Source: an uncultured Candidatus Binatia bacterium (GTDB taxonomy: Bacteria; Desulfobacterota; Binatia; Bin18). From it: a DNA stretch of 64,000 nt. The notes beneath the pieces are model-generated. The model was not told the DNA's origin, did no database searches, and saw only the letters and a program-made list of their open reading frames with translations. The DNA is taken from the NCBI GenBank assembly GCA_965214605.1, contig OZ243961.1, positions 3,616,001 through 3,680,000 of the forward strand, read 5' to 3'. The position numbers and the translations under genes were made by a program. Shown here piece by piece: positions 10,057 to 20,083 of the stretch (position 1 is its first letter; every line of letters begins with the position of its first letter).

Positions 10057-11178
10057 ATGGCAGTCTCAGAAGAACACTATCGAGCCGTAATCAGCGGTCA
10101 GGAGGAAAAGATCCTGGTCTTCCTCAGAGCCTTTGAGTGGCTGCAGGAGAATATGCACCTGAGCCGGATCAAGCAAGCCAAGCAAGACGTCTTTGACCGT
10201 GCTGGCGGCGATATCTTCCCTCCTTTAAAGAGCGCGCTCGAAGACGTTGCAGCGCCACGCCAGCGTGAAGAGTTTCACAAGAAGTGGCTGGAAGCCTTAG
10301 CCCACTTGGAGGATGCCTACACCTCTTTTTTGACTGGCTCTGAGGTCAACTTCATCGTCGCTTATATGCAGAGCCGCCGGGCCTTCTCGCTCGGCAAATA
10401 CGCTCTGTATGAGCTGCGCGCCGAGCTGCCAACGCTGCGAGAATACTGGGTGTTGCCCGAAGCGCTGTCCCGCTGGGCTGAGCTGGAGGCACCGGTCACG
10501 GGTGTTGAGGCGCAGACCGGGGTCATCCATCGGCCGAGTACCGAAAAGCGCGCCGAATATTCACTCTACGTGCCCGAATATTACGACCCGAGCCGGTCCT
10601 GGCCCTTAGTGATTACGCTGCACGGCGGGCATGGGCGTGGGGATGACTACCTGCTGACCTGGCTGCGGGCGGCCAAGAGCGCGGGCTATATTCTCCTGTC
10701 ACCAAAATCGCTGGGCGGGACGTGGTCACTGCAGCGGCCAGGCGTTGATATTCGCTCTATTTTGTCGATGGTCGAAACTCTGCTCGACGAATACAGTATT
10801 GATATCGGCAGGCTGTTTGCCACCGGTCTGTCTGACGGTGGGTCGTTTAGCTATGCGATCGGACTGAGCTGTCCCAAGCTGTTTGCCGGCGTTGCGCCAA
10901 TCGCCGCGGCCGGGATGATCGTCGGCATGTTTAATCTGGATAAGGCCAAAGACTTGCCGATTTATATTATCCACGGCGGCAAGGATTTTATGTTTCCGGT
11001 GGCTACCGCGCAGATGGCCTATGAACTGCTGCAGAAGAGCGAGTTTACCAAGGTGAAGTATGAGGAGCTGCCCGACTGGGGCCACGCTTACACCTACTCT
11101 ATCAATGACACCTTGGTGTTGCCCTGGTTCAACGGCTTGCCGTCAAGACAGCCGCAGACGGAAGCAAAGGGGGCGTAA
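10057..11178 (+). CDS. phospholipase/carboxylesterase-type alpha/beta hydrolase with a helical N-terminal extension
   Basis: LYVPEYYDP..PLVITLHGG, GLSDGG nucleophile, IHGGKD, WGH; RBS AAGGAGG before ATG 10057. Confidence 0.8.
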   Translation: MAVSEEHYRAVISGQEEKILVFLRAFEWLQENMHLSRIKQAKQDVFDRAGGDIFPPLKSALEDVAAPRQREEFHKKWLEALAHLEDAYTSFLTGSEVNFIVAYMQSRRAFSLGKYALYELRAELPTLREYWVLPEALSRWAELEAPVTGVEAQTGVIHRPSTEKRAEYSLYVPEYYDPSRSWPLVITLHGGHGRGDDYLLTWLRAAKSAGYILLSPKSLGGTWSLQRPGVDIRSILSMVETLLDEYSIDIGRLFATGLSDGGSFSYAIGLSCPKLFAGVAPIAAAGMIVGMFNLDKAKDLPIYIIHGGKDFMFPVATAQMAYELLQKSEFTKVKYEELPDWGHAYTYSINDTLVLPWFNGLPSRQPQTEAKGA

Positions 11179-11236
11179 GGCTGTTGGGCGTGTAGGCAGA
11201 GGGGAGGGAGCACCTCCCCGAGGGGCTCTATCACGG

Positions 11237-12661
11237 GTGGAGGGGAATATCGCTCAGCATAGCCAGCTCGGCATTGTCGTTCTCGCTGCCGGTCTTGGAG
11301 AGCGTATGCGCTCTGATCGGGCCAAGGTCTTACACTGCGTGGCGGGCAAACCCCTGGTGTCTCATATTCTTCAAGCCGTCCAGCGCTTGCGGCCCGAGCG
11401 CCTAGTCGTCGTTGTTGGCCACCAAGCCGAGGCGGTCCGACAGGCGTGCAACGGGGCGGGTATCGAGTTTGCCGTCCAGCGCCAGCAGCGCGGCACCGGT
11501 GATGCGGTGCTGGCCGCCCGGCCCGCGTTTGCCGATTGGCGGGGGCAGGTCTTGGTCGTGTGTGGCGATACTCCACTGCTGACAACGGAGACCTTGGCCC
11601 ACTTTGTCCAAGGCCACCGGGCGGCGCAGGCGACCGTGTCGGTCCTGACTACGCGCCTGCCCGACCCGGCTGACTATGGTCGGGTGATTCGCACTAGAGA
11701 GGGCCGGCTGAAGAAAATCGTGGAAGCGCGAGACGCGTCTGTCCAGGAACAGACCGTGGATGAGATCAACTCGGGTATCTATTGTGTACAGGCCGAATTT
11801 TTATTTTCCGTCCTGCGCGCCCTGCGGCCAAACAATGCTCAGGCTGAGTACTATCTGACGGATATTGTGGAGCAGGCTGTCCGTGCCAGACTGCCAACCC
11901 AGGCGGTGCTAACGGAAGATGCCGGGGAGCTTGGCGGGATTAATTGCCGGGAGGAGTTAGCCGCTATGGAAAAGGCAAAACAAGACCAACTGCGTAAGAA
12001 GTGGATGGCCCACGGAGTGACCCTAGAAGACCCTCAGACGGTCTATTTCGACGCGGACGTGACAGTGGGCCGGGACACGGTCATTGGACCCAACACCCAT
12101 CTCAAGGGTCACACCCAGATCGGAGCCCGGTGCCGGATCGACGGCAGTGCCTATATTGAAAACTGTCGGATTGGCAACGATGTCCATATCCTGTTCTCGG
12201 TCGTTCTGTCCAACAGCCAGCTGGCTGACCACAGCTCAGCCGGGCCTTTTTGTCACCTCCGTGGGCAGGCCGTACTTGCCCCTGGGGCTGAGGTGGGGAA
12301 TTTTGTCGAGGTCAAAAAGTCGCTCATCGGTCCACACACCAAGGCCAAACACCTCGCCTATCTTGGTGACGCTGAGATTGGACAAGACACTACTATTGGG
12401 GCAGGGACGATTACGTGTAACTACGACGGCTTTCGCAAGCATCGGACCAGGATCGGTGACCGAGTCCAGGTCGGTGCTGATACCACTCTGGTAGCCCCGA
12501 TTACCATTCACGATGATGTCTATATTGCGACGGCGACCACCGTGCGCCATGACGTGCCAGCCGGGGTGCTGGTGTATAATCCCCGCCAACAGCGGACGCG
12601 TGAGGGATGGACCGCGACAAAACGGGCCAAAGAGACGCACAAAAAAGAGATTGAAGAGTAG
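11237..12661 (+). CDS. glmU: bifunctional UDP-GlcNAc pyrophosphorylase/glucosamine-1-phosphate acetyltransferase (start uncertain)
   Basis: VLAAGLGERMRS..KVLH, QRGTGDAV, EINSGIY, EYYLTD, GNFVEVK, HLAYLGDA, GAGTITCNYDG; upstream of glmS. Confidence 0.96.
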   Translation: MEGNIAQHSQLGIVVLAAGLGERMRSDRAKVLHCVAGKPLVSHILQAVQRLRPERLVVVVGHQAEAVRQACNGAGIEFAVQRQQRGTGDAVLAARPAFADWRGQVLVVCGDTPLLTTETLAHFVQGHRAAQATVSVLTTRLPDPADYGRVIRTREGRLKKIVEARDASVQEQTVDEINSGIYCVQAEFLFSVLRALRPNNAQAEYYLTDIVEQAVRARLPTQAVLTEDAGELGGINCREELAAMEKAKQDQLRKKWMAHGVTLEDPQTVYFDADVTVGRDTVIGPNTHLKGHTQIGARCRIDGSAYIENCRIGNDVHILFSVVLSNSQLADHSSAGPFCHLRGQAVLAPGAEVGNFVEVKKSLIGPHTKAKHLAYLGDAEIGQDTTIGAGTITCNYDGFRKHRTRIGDRVQVGADTTLVAPITIHDDVYIATATTVRHDVPAGVLVYNPRQQRTREGWTATKRAKETHKKEIEE

Positions 12662-12672
12662 GGACTGGGGAC

Positions 12673-14499
12673 ATGTGCGGTATTATCGGCTACATCGGTT
12701 ATCGTCAGGCAGCCCCGCTGTTGTACCGGGGGCTGCAGCGCCTGGCCTACCGGGGCTATGATTCGGCCGGGTTGGCGGTGGCCGGCGAGGGGCTTGCGCT
12801 GCGGCGCTCGGTTGGCAAACTAGAGAACCTCGACCACGTCCTCCATACCGAGCCGGTCCAGGGCACGGTCGGCATAGGACATACCCGTTGGGCTACGCAC
12901 GGGCGACCGTCCGAGGAAAACGCCCATCCCCACCGTGCCGGACAGGTTGTTGTCATCCACAACGGCATTATTGAAAACTATCTGGAGCTCCGCCACGAAC
13001 TGCTCGCCCAGGGACGGAGCTTTAGCTCAGAGACCGATAGCGAGGTGATTTCGCATCTCATCGATCAGCATATCCAAGACGGTCTCGCTTTTGCCGAGGC
13101 GACCCGGGCCGCTCTCAAACGGCTGACTGGGTCGTTTGCCATTGTGGCCCTGTGCGAGAGCCAGCCCGATACCATTGTGACGGCCAAGAACTCGACACCC
13201 ATCGTTGTTGGGCTCGGGGAGCGCGAAAACTTTATTGCGTCCGATATCCCTGCTCTGTTGGACTACACCCGCCAAGTCGTCTTCCTCGAAGACGGCGAGA
13301 TCGCTGAGGTCACCCGGGAGGGGATACGTTTCTCTAATTTTGACGGCCAGCCGGTCGACCGCGCGCCCCGTCCCGTCACCTGGGACGCGTTGACCGCCCA
13401 GAAAGAGGGCTATAAACACTTCCTGCTCAAGGAAATCCACGAGCAGCCGCAGGCCATTATCGACACGATGCGGGGCCGTATCCAGACTGAGGAGGGCCAT
13501 GTGTGGTTGGGCGAGCTTGAGCCCCACGGTCAGGTTTTAGACTCGATCAAACGAATCTCGCTGCTGGCCTGCGGCACGGCTTGGCACGCCTGTTTGCTGG
13601 GCAAGTTTTTCCTGGAGGAACTGGCCCGTATTCCGGCCGAGGTCGATTATGGCAGCGAGTTCCGTTACCGCAACCCACCGGTTGACGCCGACACCTTGGT
13701 CTTAACCGTGTCACAGTCGGGCGAAACAGCTGACACCTTAGCAGCGCTAGAGGGCGGCAGAGCCGCCGGAGCCAAGACCCTCACCATCTGTAATGTGGTC
13801 GATGCGTCGATCCCGCGCAAGGCTGACATGGTCGTCTATACCCACGCCGGACCGGAGATCAGCGTTGCCTCCACAAAAACCTTTACCAGCCAGCTGGTCG
13901 CGCTCTATCTGTTAGCGCTCTATCTGGGCCGTCGCCGTGGCGTCCTCAACGCAGAGCGTGGTCGTCAGCTCATTGAGAGCGTAGTGAACCTGCCCGCACT
14001 GCTCCAACACGGCTTGGCTCAAGGTCGGGCGATTGAAAAAATTGCCAAAAAATATGGTCATGCCGACGATTTCTTATACCTCGGCCGTGGGGTGAATTAT
14101 CCCATCGCGCTTGAAGGAGCGCTCAAGCTCAAAGAAATCTCGTATATTCACGCCGAAGGCTATCCGGCCGGGGAAATGAAACACGGACCGATCGCGCTGA
14201 TTGACGATCAGCTGCCTGTGGTTGTGTTGCTGCCCAAAGATCCCGTCTACGCCAAGACGCTTAGCAACATGAAAGAAGTTGAGGCACGTGGGGGGCGGAT
14301 TATCGCCGTGACCGACACGCCGTCCCAAGAGCTGGAAGATATCGCCTGGGAGATCATTCAGGTTCCCAGCATCCACCATCTGTTAATGCCGATTGTGTTG
14401 ATGGTTCCCCTTCAGCTCTTGGCCTATCATATTGCCCTGTACCGTGGTACCGACGTTGATCAACCCCGGAACTTGGCCAAGAGCGTGACGGTGGAGTAA
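12673..14499 (+). CDS. glmS: glutamine--fructose-6-phosphate transaminase
   Basis: MCGIIG, YRGYDSAG, GHTRWATHG, SQSGETADT, EGALKLKEISY, DQPRNLAKSVTVE. Confidence 0.98.
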   Translation: MCGIIGYIGYRQAAPLLYRGLQRLAYRGYDSAGLAVAGEGLALRRSVGKLENLDHVLHTEPVQGTVGIGHTRWATHGRPSEENAHPHRAGQVVVIHNGIIENYLELRHELLAQGRSFSSETDSEVISHLIDQHIQDGLAFAEATRAALKRLTGSFAIVALCESQPDTIVTAKNSTPIVVGLGERENFIASDIPALLDYTRQVVFLEDGEIAEVTREGIRFSNFDGQPVDRAPRPVTWDALTAQKEGYKHFLLKEIHEQPQAIIDTMRGRIQTEEGHVWLGELEPHGQVLDSIKRISLLACGTAWHACLLGKFFLEELARIPAEVDYGSEFRYRNPPVDADTLVLTVSQSGETADTLAALEGGRAAGAKTLTICNVVDASIPRKADMVVYTHAGPEISVASTKTFTSQLVALYLLALYLGRRRGVLNAERGRQLIESVVNLPALLQHGLAQGRAIEKIAKKYGHADDFLYLGRGVNYPIALEGALKLKEISYIHAEGYPAGEMKHGPIALIDDQLPVVVLLPKDPVYAKTLSNMKEVEARGGRIIAVTDTPSQELEDIAWEIIQVPSIHHLLMPIVLMVPLQLLAYHIALYRGTDVDQPRNLAKSVTVE

Positions 14500-14542
14500 A
14501 GGGGCCCAGCCGCCGGGAGCTCGACGCGCCGCCGTCCCATCC

Positions 14543-15997
14543 TCAGTCGGCCCCGGCCTTCGTAATCCCGGCCAACTGCCGAGCATAGTCGGCCGCGGTC
14601 GTAAAGTCATATTCCCGGTAGGTCTGGAGTTTCTCGGCTTCCAGCGAGCCCTCGGCGTGTACGGCGAGTACCTCCTGATAGCCGCCAAAGTCACCTGCGG
14701 TTAGATCGGAGATCAGGTTGAGCAGCCGGATGCGTTCTTCGGCCGAGGTGCCCTTTTTTCCGCCATAGTATTTTTCGAGATACGGCCCGGTCGCCTCACT
14801 GCGCCAATCCTCGACCGCCGGGCCGGTGACCAGCAGACCGCCGCTCACATCTTGGACCAGTTGCACTGCGGCGTGATAGTTTGAGGCGAACTGATACTTG
14901 GCGACGTTGGTCAGCAGGGTGTTAGGAACGGCAATGCCTGGCGCAACGACCTCGTGGTTATGGGCCGCCGCAAAAATCAGGCCCTGTACCGTGGCGTGAT
15001 AGGTCGCCAGCTTGGTCAACTTCTCCCGAATATGCCCGGCTCGTTCAATCCCGTTGTATTCGGCGATTGCCTGAGCGGCGCCGGCTAGCAGTTCCAGCAG
15101 GGGCAGTTTATAGGACACTGCGGTGAAACGATGAAACTTAACAAAGGTCAACGCGAGGAAGCCGGCGGCTTCGGTTTCGCCGTTGAGGAAAACGCGCTCC
15201 CAGGGCACGAACACATCGTCAAAAACCGTCAGCGTTTCCATCATCTTGTGACTGGCGCTGATCGGGAACTCAAACGGATCTTTCTCCACTCCTCCGTAGG
15301 AGCTGGCCAGCAACTTGAGCCCCTTGGTCGCAGCCGGCAGAGCAAAGGCCACAGAGTAGGCGCTATCGTCCGGCTTCATTGCCCGCGTTGGGAGGACGAT
15401 GACCTCATCGGTGTTGGTTAACACCGAGGTGTGCGTCTTGGCGCCGCGCACCACGATACCGTCCGAACGTTCTTCCACCACCCGCAGGTAGTAGTCGTCG
15501 TGGGCCTGGCCCCGGGGACCGAGTCCCCTGTCGCCCTTAACATCGCTCTGAGCCACAGCAACGCCGTAGTCTCGATCACGGCACAGTTCATAATAGTTGC
15601 GAACCCGCTCTTCGTATTCGGGCTTGCCGCGTTTGGCCATCTCTTCAGCGACAATATGTAGGGCAAATAAGGCGTCGGTGCCAATCTCTTTAATCAGCAC
15701 GACCAGGGTCGCCCCCTCGCGGGTACTGGCCGCAATCAGACGGCTGCGCTGGAGCAAGTCCTCGGTATTGCGGGGCATATGATAGTAGCGCGAATAGTCG
15801 CCCAGACTGCGATCTTTGACCACGGCCAGATCTCGGTAGCGGGGGTCTTCAGCCATTTGATAGTCAATACAGGCGTGGTTGACCGCCTTGCCAATGATGG
15901 GATGGGTGGTGACATCGGGCACCAATTCTCCCCGATAGTAGACCTCGCGGCCATCTTTCAGGGCTTCTCTGTACTGTTGTGGTGTGCGCAGGCCCAT
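14543..15997 (-). CDS. 4-hydroxyphenylacetate 3-hydroxylase / 4-hydroxybutyryl-CoA dehydratase family flavoprotein
   Basis: LRTPQQYREAL..VYYRGE, AQSDVKGDR, RVVEERSDGIVVRGAKTH, VFDDVFVPWERVFL, HAEGS. Confidence 0.85.
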   Translation of the reverse strand: MGLRTPQQYREALKDGREVYYRGELVPDVTTHPIIGKAVNHACIDYQMAEDPRYRDLAVVKDRSLGDYSRYYHMPRNTEDLLQRSRLIAASTREGATLVVLIKEIGTDALFALHIVAEEMAKRGKPEYEERVRNYYELCRDRDYGVAVAQSDVKGDRGLGPRGQAHDDYYLRVVEERSDGIVVRGAKTHTSVLTNTDEVIVLPTRAMKPDDSAYSVAFALPAATKGLKLLASSYGGVEKDPFEFPISASHKMMETLTVFDDVFVPWERVFLNGETEAAGFLALTFVKFHRFTAVSYKLPLLELLAGAAQAIAEYNGIERAGHIREKLTKLATYHATVQGLIFAAAHNHEVVAPGIAVPNTLLTNVAKYQFASNYHAAVQLVQDVSGGLLVTGPAVEDWRSEATGPYLEKYYGGKKGTSAEERIRLLNLISDLTAGDFGGYQEVLAVHAEGSLEAEKLQTYREYDFTTAADYARQLAGITKAGAD

Positions 15998-16013
15998 CGT
16001 CTTGTCCTCCTGT

Positions 16014-17807
16014 CTAGATGACGACCTCGAGCTGGAAAATCAGGTTATCACGATCACGTAAAAAGCCGATTCCGTTGTACTGTCCGTCAATGTAGTTGTA
16101 CTGAATGATGAAACGGAACGGATCACGGGTAAAAGTAACGCCTGGCTGCACTAGCCAGGCGCCCTGCCAGTCATACAGAAAGATCAGCGAGGGCGAGATC
16201 GCGCCCGAACGATAGGCGGTCGAAATGGAGAGGGTGTTGACCAACTGGTGCTGGTCCCTATTAACAAAGGACGTATTTTGTCTATGCGGATCGAAGGCCG
16301 GGATGGCGAAGTGACCAAAGCCAAAGTTGTCGCTGACCGAGCTGAGCTTGGTATCGTTAAAATCCAGAATATGGGTGCCAAAAATCTGGCTGCTAATGAC
16401 AACCGACTGCTGAGGATTGAGCAGCCGAATATAGCGCTCCATGTCTATACCGAGCGACCAGCGGATCACATCCGAGCGGTCGATGTCCGTTTTGTAGCGT
16501 AGGCAGACGTCGTTGGTGACGGAGGGTGGGCAGGGGACTCTGCTGTAGCCGGGTGTCAGGACAAAATTGGTTAGGTCAGCAACCGGCCCCTCGATCTGAT
16601 CTGAGGCCGAGTTCTTAAAGAACGGTTCGGCATAAAAATAGGCAAATTCGCTGCGGACGATAGCCGACAGGCTAGGTAGGCCAAAGGTCAGGGTTGCCCC
16701 GCTGATCTGAGTCTTAGGAAACAAAACATTGGCCTGGAAATTATCGAACAGATAGCGCCCGAATTCACCCTGCCGGGTCGCGTCCCGAAATTCGCTGAGT
16801 CTGAGCGGGGGAGCCGTGGCCGGAGTGACAATGCGAAGCGTCGCGTCGTCAAGATAGGTATAGTAGTGGGCCACGCTGAACATGAAATCACCCCACACCC
16901 CGACAATCCGCCCGCCACCCCGCATATCGGTGAAGTTGCGGGCCGGTTTTTTGAGAGCGCTGCGAATGCCGGCCGGATTGGGGGTTGACCACGGCGAGCC
17001 GACCGGGACTGGGGTTGAAACTTCGTCGTCCACGACCATAAAACCTTCGAAATTCAGCTCTGACAGCGGCCCAATACCCCCTAAACCGTACACCATACGG
17101 AGCATATCAAGCGGGATGCGTCGCTCGTCTAGTGTGACGAGAAAGCCGCCAAAGCTGGCGTCTAGAGGGTTGATCTGGTCCAAGAGGCGAAACACGTCCG
17201 TCTCTCCCCACGACAGATTTTGACGTCCAATACGGATAAACAGCGGACCCTTGGTATAGTTGATATACGCCTCAAACAGTCGGTGACGACTCCGCCGGCG
17301 CTGACGGGTATCGACCTGAGTGCAGTCAAAAGCCCGGGGTTTCTTTTGTGTCTGTTTACTCGGCGTGCCGCAGTCGCTCAGCAGGGGAAAACGCTCACTA
17401 AACACGTCCGGACCAAAATCCCACACCCCGTCGTACTCGCCACGATAAGTCACGAAATACTCAAAATCGTCGGGTGCCAGAAAGCTGAGGGGACTGAGCA
17501 AAGAGTGGACAGCGGCTAAGGGGCCGTCAGACCGGCCCATAATCAGGTCGGTCAGGTTGTGGCGGAGTTCCATCTGAATAAAGGTACGATTTTGCAGCAT
17601 GTTCCAGCTGTTATAGGGGGTCTGAAGGCGGGTGTTATCGGCCGCACTCTCAACCGCCATCGCCGTCCGGTTATACACCCGGCCGTTGAAGCGGACGGTT
17701 TCGGCCTCGTCGACAAAGACCGCCCAGGCCGAAGTGGAGAACAGGCTGCACAGAATCGCCAAACCGAGGCCAAGCCACCGCCACCAAATCGTACTCGTCT
17801 CTCTCAT
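16014..17807 (-). CDS. DUF1302-like outer-membrane beta-barrel protein
   Basis: signal peptide (..TSAWA), LFEAYINY..IRIGRQNLSWGETDVFRLLDQINPLD, C-terminal LRDRDNL. Confidence 0.7.
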   Translation of the reverse strand: MRETSTIWWRWLGLGLAILCSLFSTSAWAVFVDEAETVRFNGRVYNRTAMAVESAADNTRLQTPYNSWNMLQNRTFIQMELRHNLTDLIMGRSDGPLAAVHSLLSPLSFLAPDDFEYFVTYRGEYDGVWDFGPDVFSERFPLLSDCGTPSKQTQKKPRAFDCTQVDTRQRRRSRHRLFEAYINYTKGPLFIRIGRQNLSWGETDVFRLLDQINPLDASFGGFLVTLDERRIPLDMLRMVYGLGGIGPLSELNFEGFMVVDDEVSTPVPVGSPWSTPNPAGIRSALKKPARNFTDMRGGGRIVGVWGDFMFSVAHYYTYLDDATLRIVTPATAPPLRLSEFRDATRQGEFGRYLFDNFQANVLFPKTQISGATLTFGLPSLSAIVRSEFAYFYAEPFFKNSASDQIEGPVADLTNFVLTPGYSRVPCPPSVTNDVCLRYKTDIDRSDVIRWSLGIDMERYIRLLNPQQSVVISSQIFGTHILDFNDTKLSSVSDNFGFGHFAIPAFDPHRQNTSFVNRDQHQLVNTLSISTAYRSGAISPSLIFLYDWQGAWLVQPGVTFTRDPFRFIIQYNYIDGQYNGIGFLRDRDNLIFQLEVVI

Positions 17808-18159
17808 CGTCGCTCCTACGAACCAAGGCAGCATAGCGAAAAGCCGGGGCTACTGAAAGTAGGGTTTTGGAGGAGGGAGTGGACTAGCGCATCGCTGCCG
17901 TCCGCACCTGGCTCTCATCCGTCCAGCCCTGGATACCCCTCTGGGCGGTTGGGAGGGTTTTGGGTGACTTTCAGACAAAGAGACCCAGGAGGCCCAAGCA
18001 GGGTGGCGACAAAGCGGGACGGAACTATGCCCATTTCAAAAGACAGGTGACGGTCTTGGGCCGGTCAGCGACGCCAGAATGCCGGCCTAGACGGTTTTCC
18101 GCTCCCGCACGTCGCCAGCCGTGACGACGTCCCGGTTTTTTTGTCAGGCGTATTGAGAC

Positions 18160-18356
18160 TGAGCAACTGCCTCTCATAAAAATATCGCTCTGAATCTTGA
18201 CCTTGTACTGCAGACCGCCACTCAGGTCTGCGTCCTGTTGGCCAGCGGGGAACGATGCGCGCGACCGGCTTGCCATATGTGGTGATGAGTATCTTCGTTA
18301 GTCCAATAGCACGAGGCACTGCTCCCTACATTTTGCAGTTCCAGTGCTGTTCCATT
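18160..18356 (-). pseudogene. degenerate Phd/YefM-type antitoxin remnant
   Basis: pieces in different frames: GTAKCREQCLVLLD*, ILITTYGKPVARIVP, QDADLSGGLQYKVKIQSDIF; stop codon and frameshifts; no toxin ORF seen. Confidence 0.65.
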
Positions 18357-18502
18357 TCCAACAGCCATTCGTCATCATATTGGTCCATTTGAAACGCGTT
18401 CCAACGTATGCTGCTCCCATTGCGATATAGACGAGGCCAGCGACTCAAGCGGACTCCGGCATGCCTTTTCCTGACTGGGGTGGTGTGGTAAACAGTCGGA
18501 TC

Positions 18503-20035
18503 ATGAATCTGGCGCAGATTTTCTGGCAGCGTTTACGCAACGATGAGAGCCGCCCAATATTTGAAAAGCTGGAACCAAGCGGACAGGTGAGCTGGCGGCA
18601 AACACGGGGCGAGCTGTTAGAGGATACCTCGCGCTGGATGACCGCTCTGCGGACGGCCGGCATTGAGGTCGGCGACCGGGTAGCACTCTCTCTGGGCAAG
18701 TCGGATGGATTGGCCACCGTCCATCTCGCCGTCTTAGGTCTTGGAGCCGCGGTGGTGCCGCTGAATCCCGCCCTGGCACCGCGCGAAGCCGAGGCCGTCT
18801 TAGAGCGCGCCAAGGTCAAGCTTGCTATCACCACGCCGCAAACAGTGAACCGAGCGCCGGGCATTAGGGCCGCAGTAGCTGGACCGTGGTGGGTGAGTGG
18901 CAGCGCAGCCGAGCAGGCCGAGGGGACGAACTTGGTGGTGGATATCCTAGCTACGGCCCAAGCCGGTCCAGAACCCATTGAGCGGGCAGGCAATGATATG
19001 GCGCTCCTGCTGTTCACGAGCGGCACGACTGGTACCCCAAAAGGCGTTGGTCTGACCCACCGGAATCTCCACGCAAATCTCCAAGCCTTACTGGTTGACA
19101 TGTGGGAGATGGGGGAAGACGATCGTCTCCTGCACGCCCTCCCGCCGCATCATCTGCACGGATTAGGACTCGGCCTGTACGGCACCCTGTATAGCGGCTG
19201 TAGCGCCGTGTTGCTGGAACGTTTTGATCCAGCCATAGTCTTACACGCGCTAGACAGCCAGCGCATTAGCGTGTTCATGGGCGTGCCAACCATGTATCAC
19301 CGTATGCTGGACGTTGAGGGCGAGGTATCGCTGACCTCAATGCGGCTCTTCACCTGTGGTTCGGCCCCCTTATCGGTCGACACCTTCCGCCGCTTTCAGG
19401 CCCGCTTTGGATTTACGCTAGTTGAGCGCTACGGGCTGACCGAGACGGCTATTAACACCTCCAACCCGCTCCGCGGGGTCCAAAAAGCGGGCAGCGTCGG
19501 ACTGCCGCTCCCAGGGGTGGAGGTCGGGGTATTTGATCCGGAAACCCGCCGCGGGCTGACCAACGGTCACACTGGCGAGATCTGGGTTCGGGGTCCGAAT
19601 GTCTTTGGCGGCTATTGGAATGACTCCAAGGCGACCGCTGCTGCCTTTGAGGACGACTGGTTTCGGACCGGTGACCTCGGGGTCGTGTCCGAGGACGGCT
19701 ATGTGTCAATTCTCGGCCGGATGAAAGAGCTGATTCTCGTTGGGGGGACCAATGTTACCCCCGGGGAGGTCGAGGCGGTGTTGGAGCTGGAATCCGGAGT
19801 GCACGAATGTGCCGTCGCTGGTCTGCCCGACCCGGACTTGGGAGAGCGCATCGCTGCCTTTATCGTGCCGTGCCGAGGACAAGACCCGGCGGTTGTGGAG
19901 GCCCGGCTCAGGGCGCGGGTCGAGCAAGACTTGGCCCCCTATAAACGGCCGCGTCGCTACCGTTTTATCGACGAGATTCCCCGCAACGCAATGGGCAAAG
20001 TGGAGCGGGGCAAGTTACAAGAGATGGGCGGTTAA
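18503..20035 (+). CDS. AMP-dependent acyl-CoA synthetase (MatB/malonyl-CoA synthetase-like)
   Basis: FTSGTTGTPKG, HALPPHHLHGL, ERYGLTET, WFRTGDLG, PRNAMGKV. Confidence 0.9.
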   Translation: MNLAQIFWQRLRNDESRPIFEKLEPSGQVSWRQTRGELLEDTSRWMTALRTAGIEVGDRVALSLGKSDGLATVHLAVLGLGAAVVPLNPALAPREAEAVLERAKVKLAITTPQTVNRAPGIRAAVAGPWWVSGSAAEQAEGTNLVVDILATAQAGPEPIERAGNDMALLLFTSGTTGTPKGVGLTHRNLHANLQALLVDMWEMGEDDRLLHALPPHHLHGLGLGLYGTLYSGCSAVLLERFDPAIVLHALDSQRISVFMGVPTMYHRMLDVEGEVSLTSMRLFTCGSAPLSVDTFRRFQARFGFTLVERYGLTETAINTSNPLRGVQKAGSVGLPLPGVEVGVFDPETRRGLTNGHTGEIWVRGPNVFGGYWNDSKATAAAFEDDWFRTGDLGVVSEDGYVSILGRMKELILVGGTNVTPGEVEAVLELESGVHECAVAGLPDPDLGERIAAFIVPCRGQDPAVVEARLRARVEQDLAPYKRPRRYRFIDEIPRNAMGKVERGKLQEMGG

Positions 20036-20083
20036 GACTGAACAATGTTGCCACAGGCTCGCCGCTCATCTGTAGAGGAAACT

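Noticed and set aside
12640-12673. Possible glmS ribozyme
   Set aside because: Only 11 nt separate glmU and glmS, leaving no room
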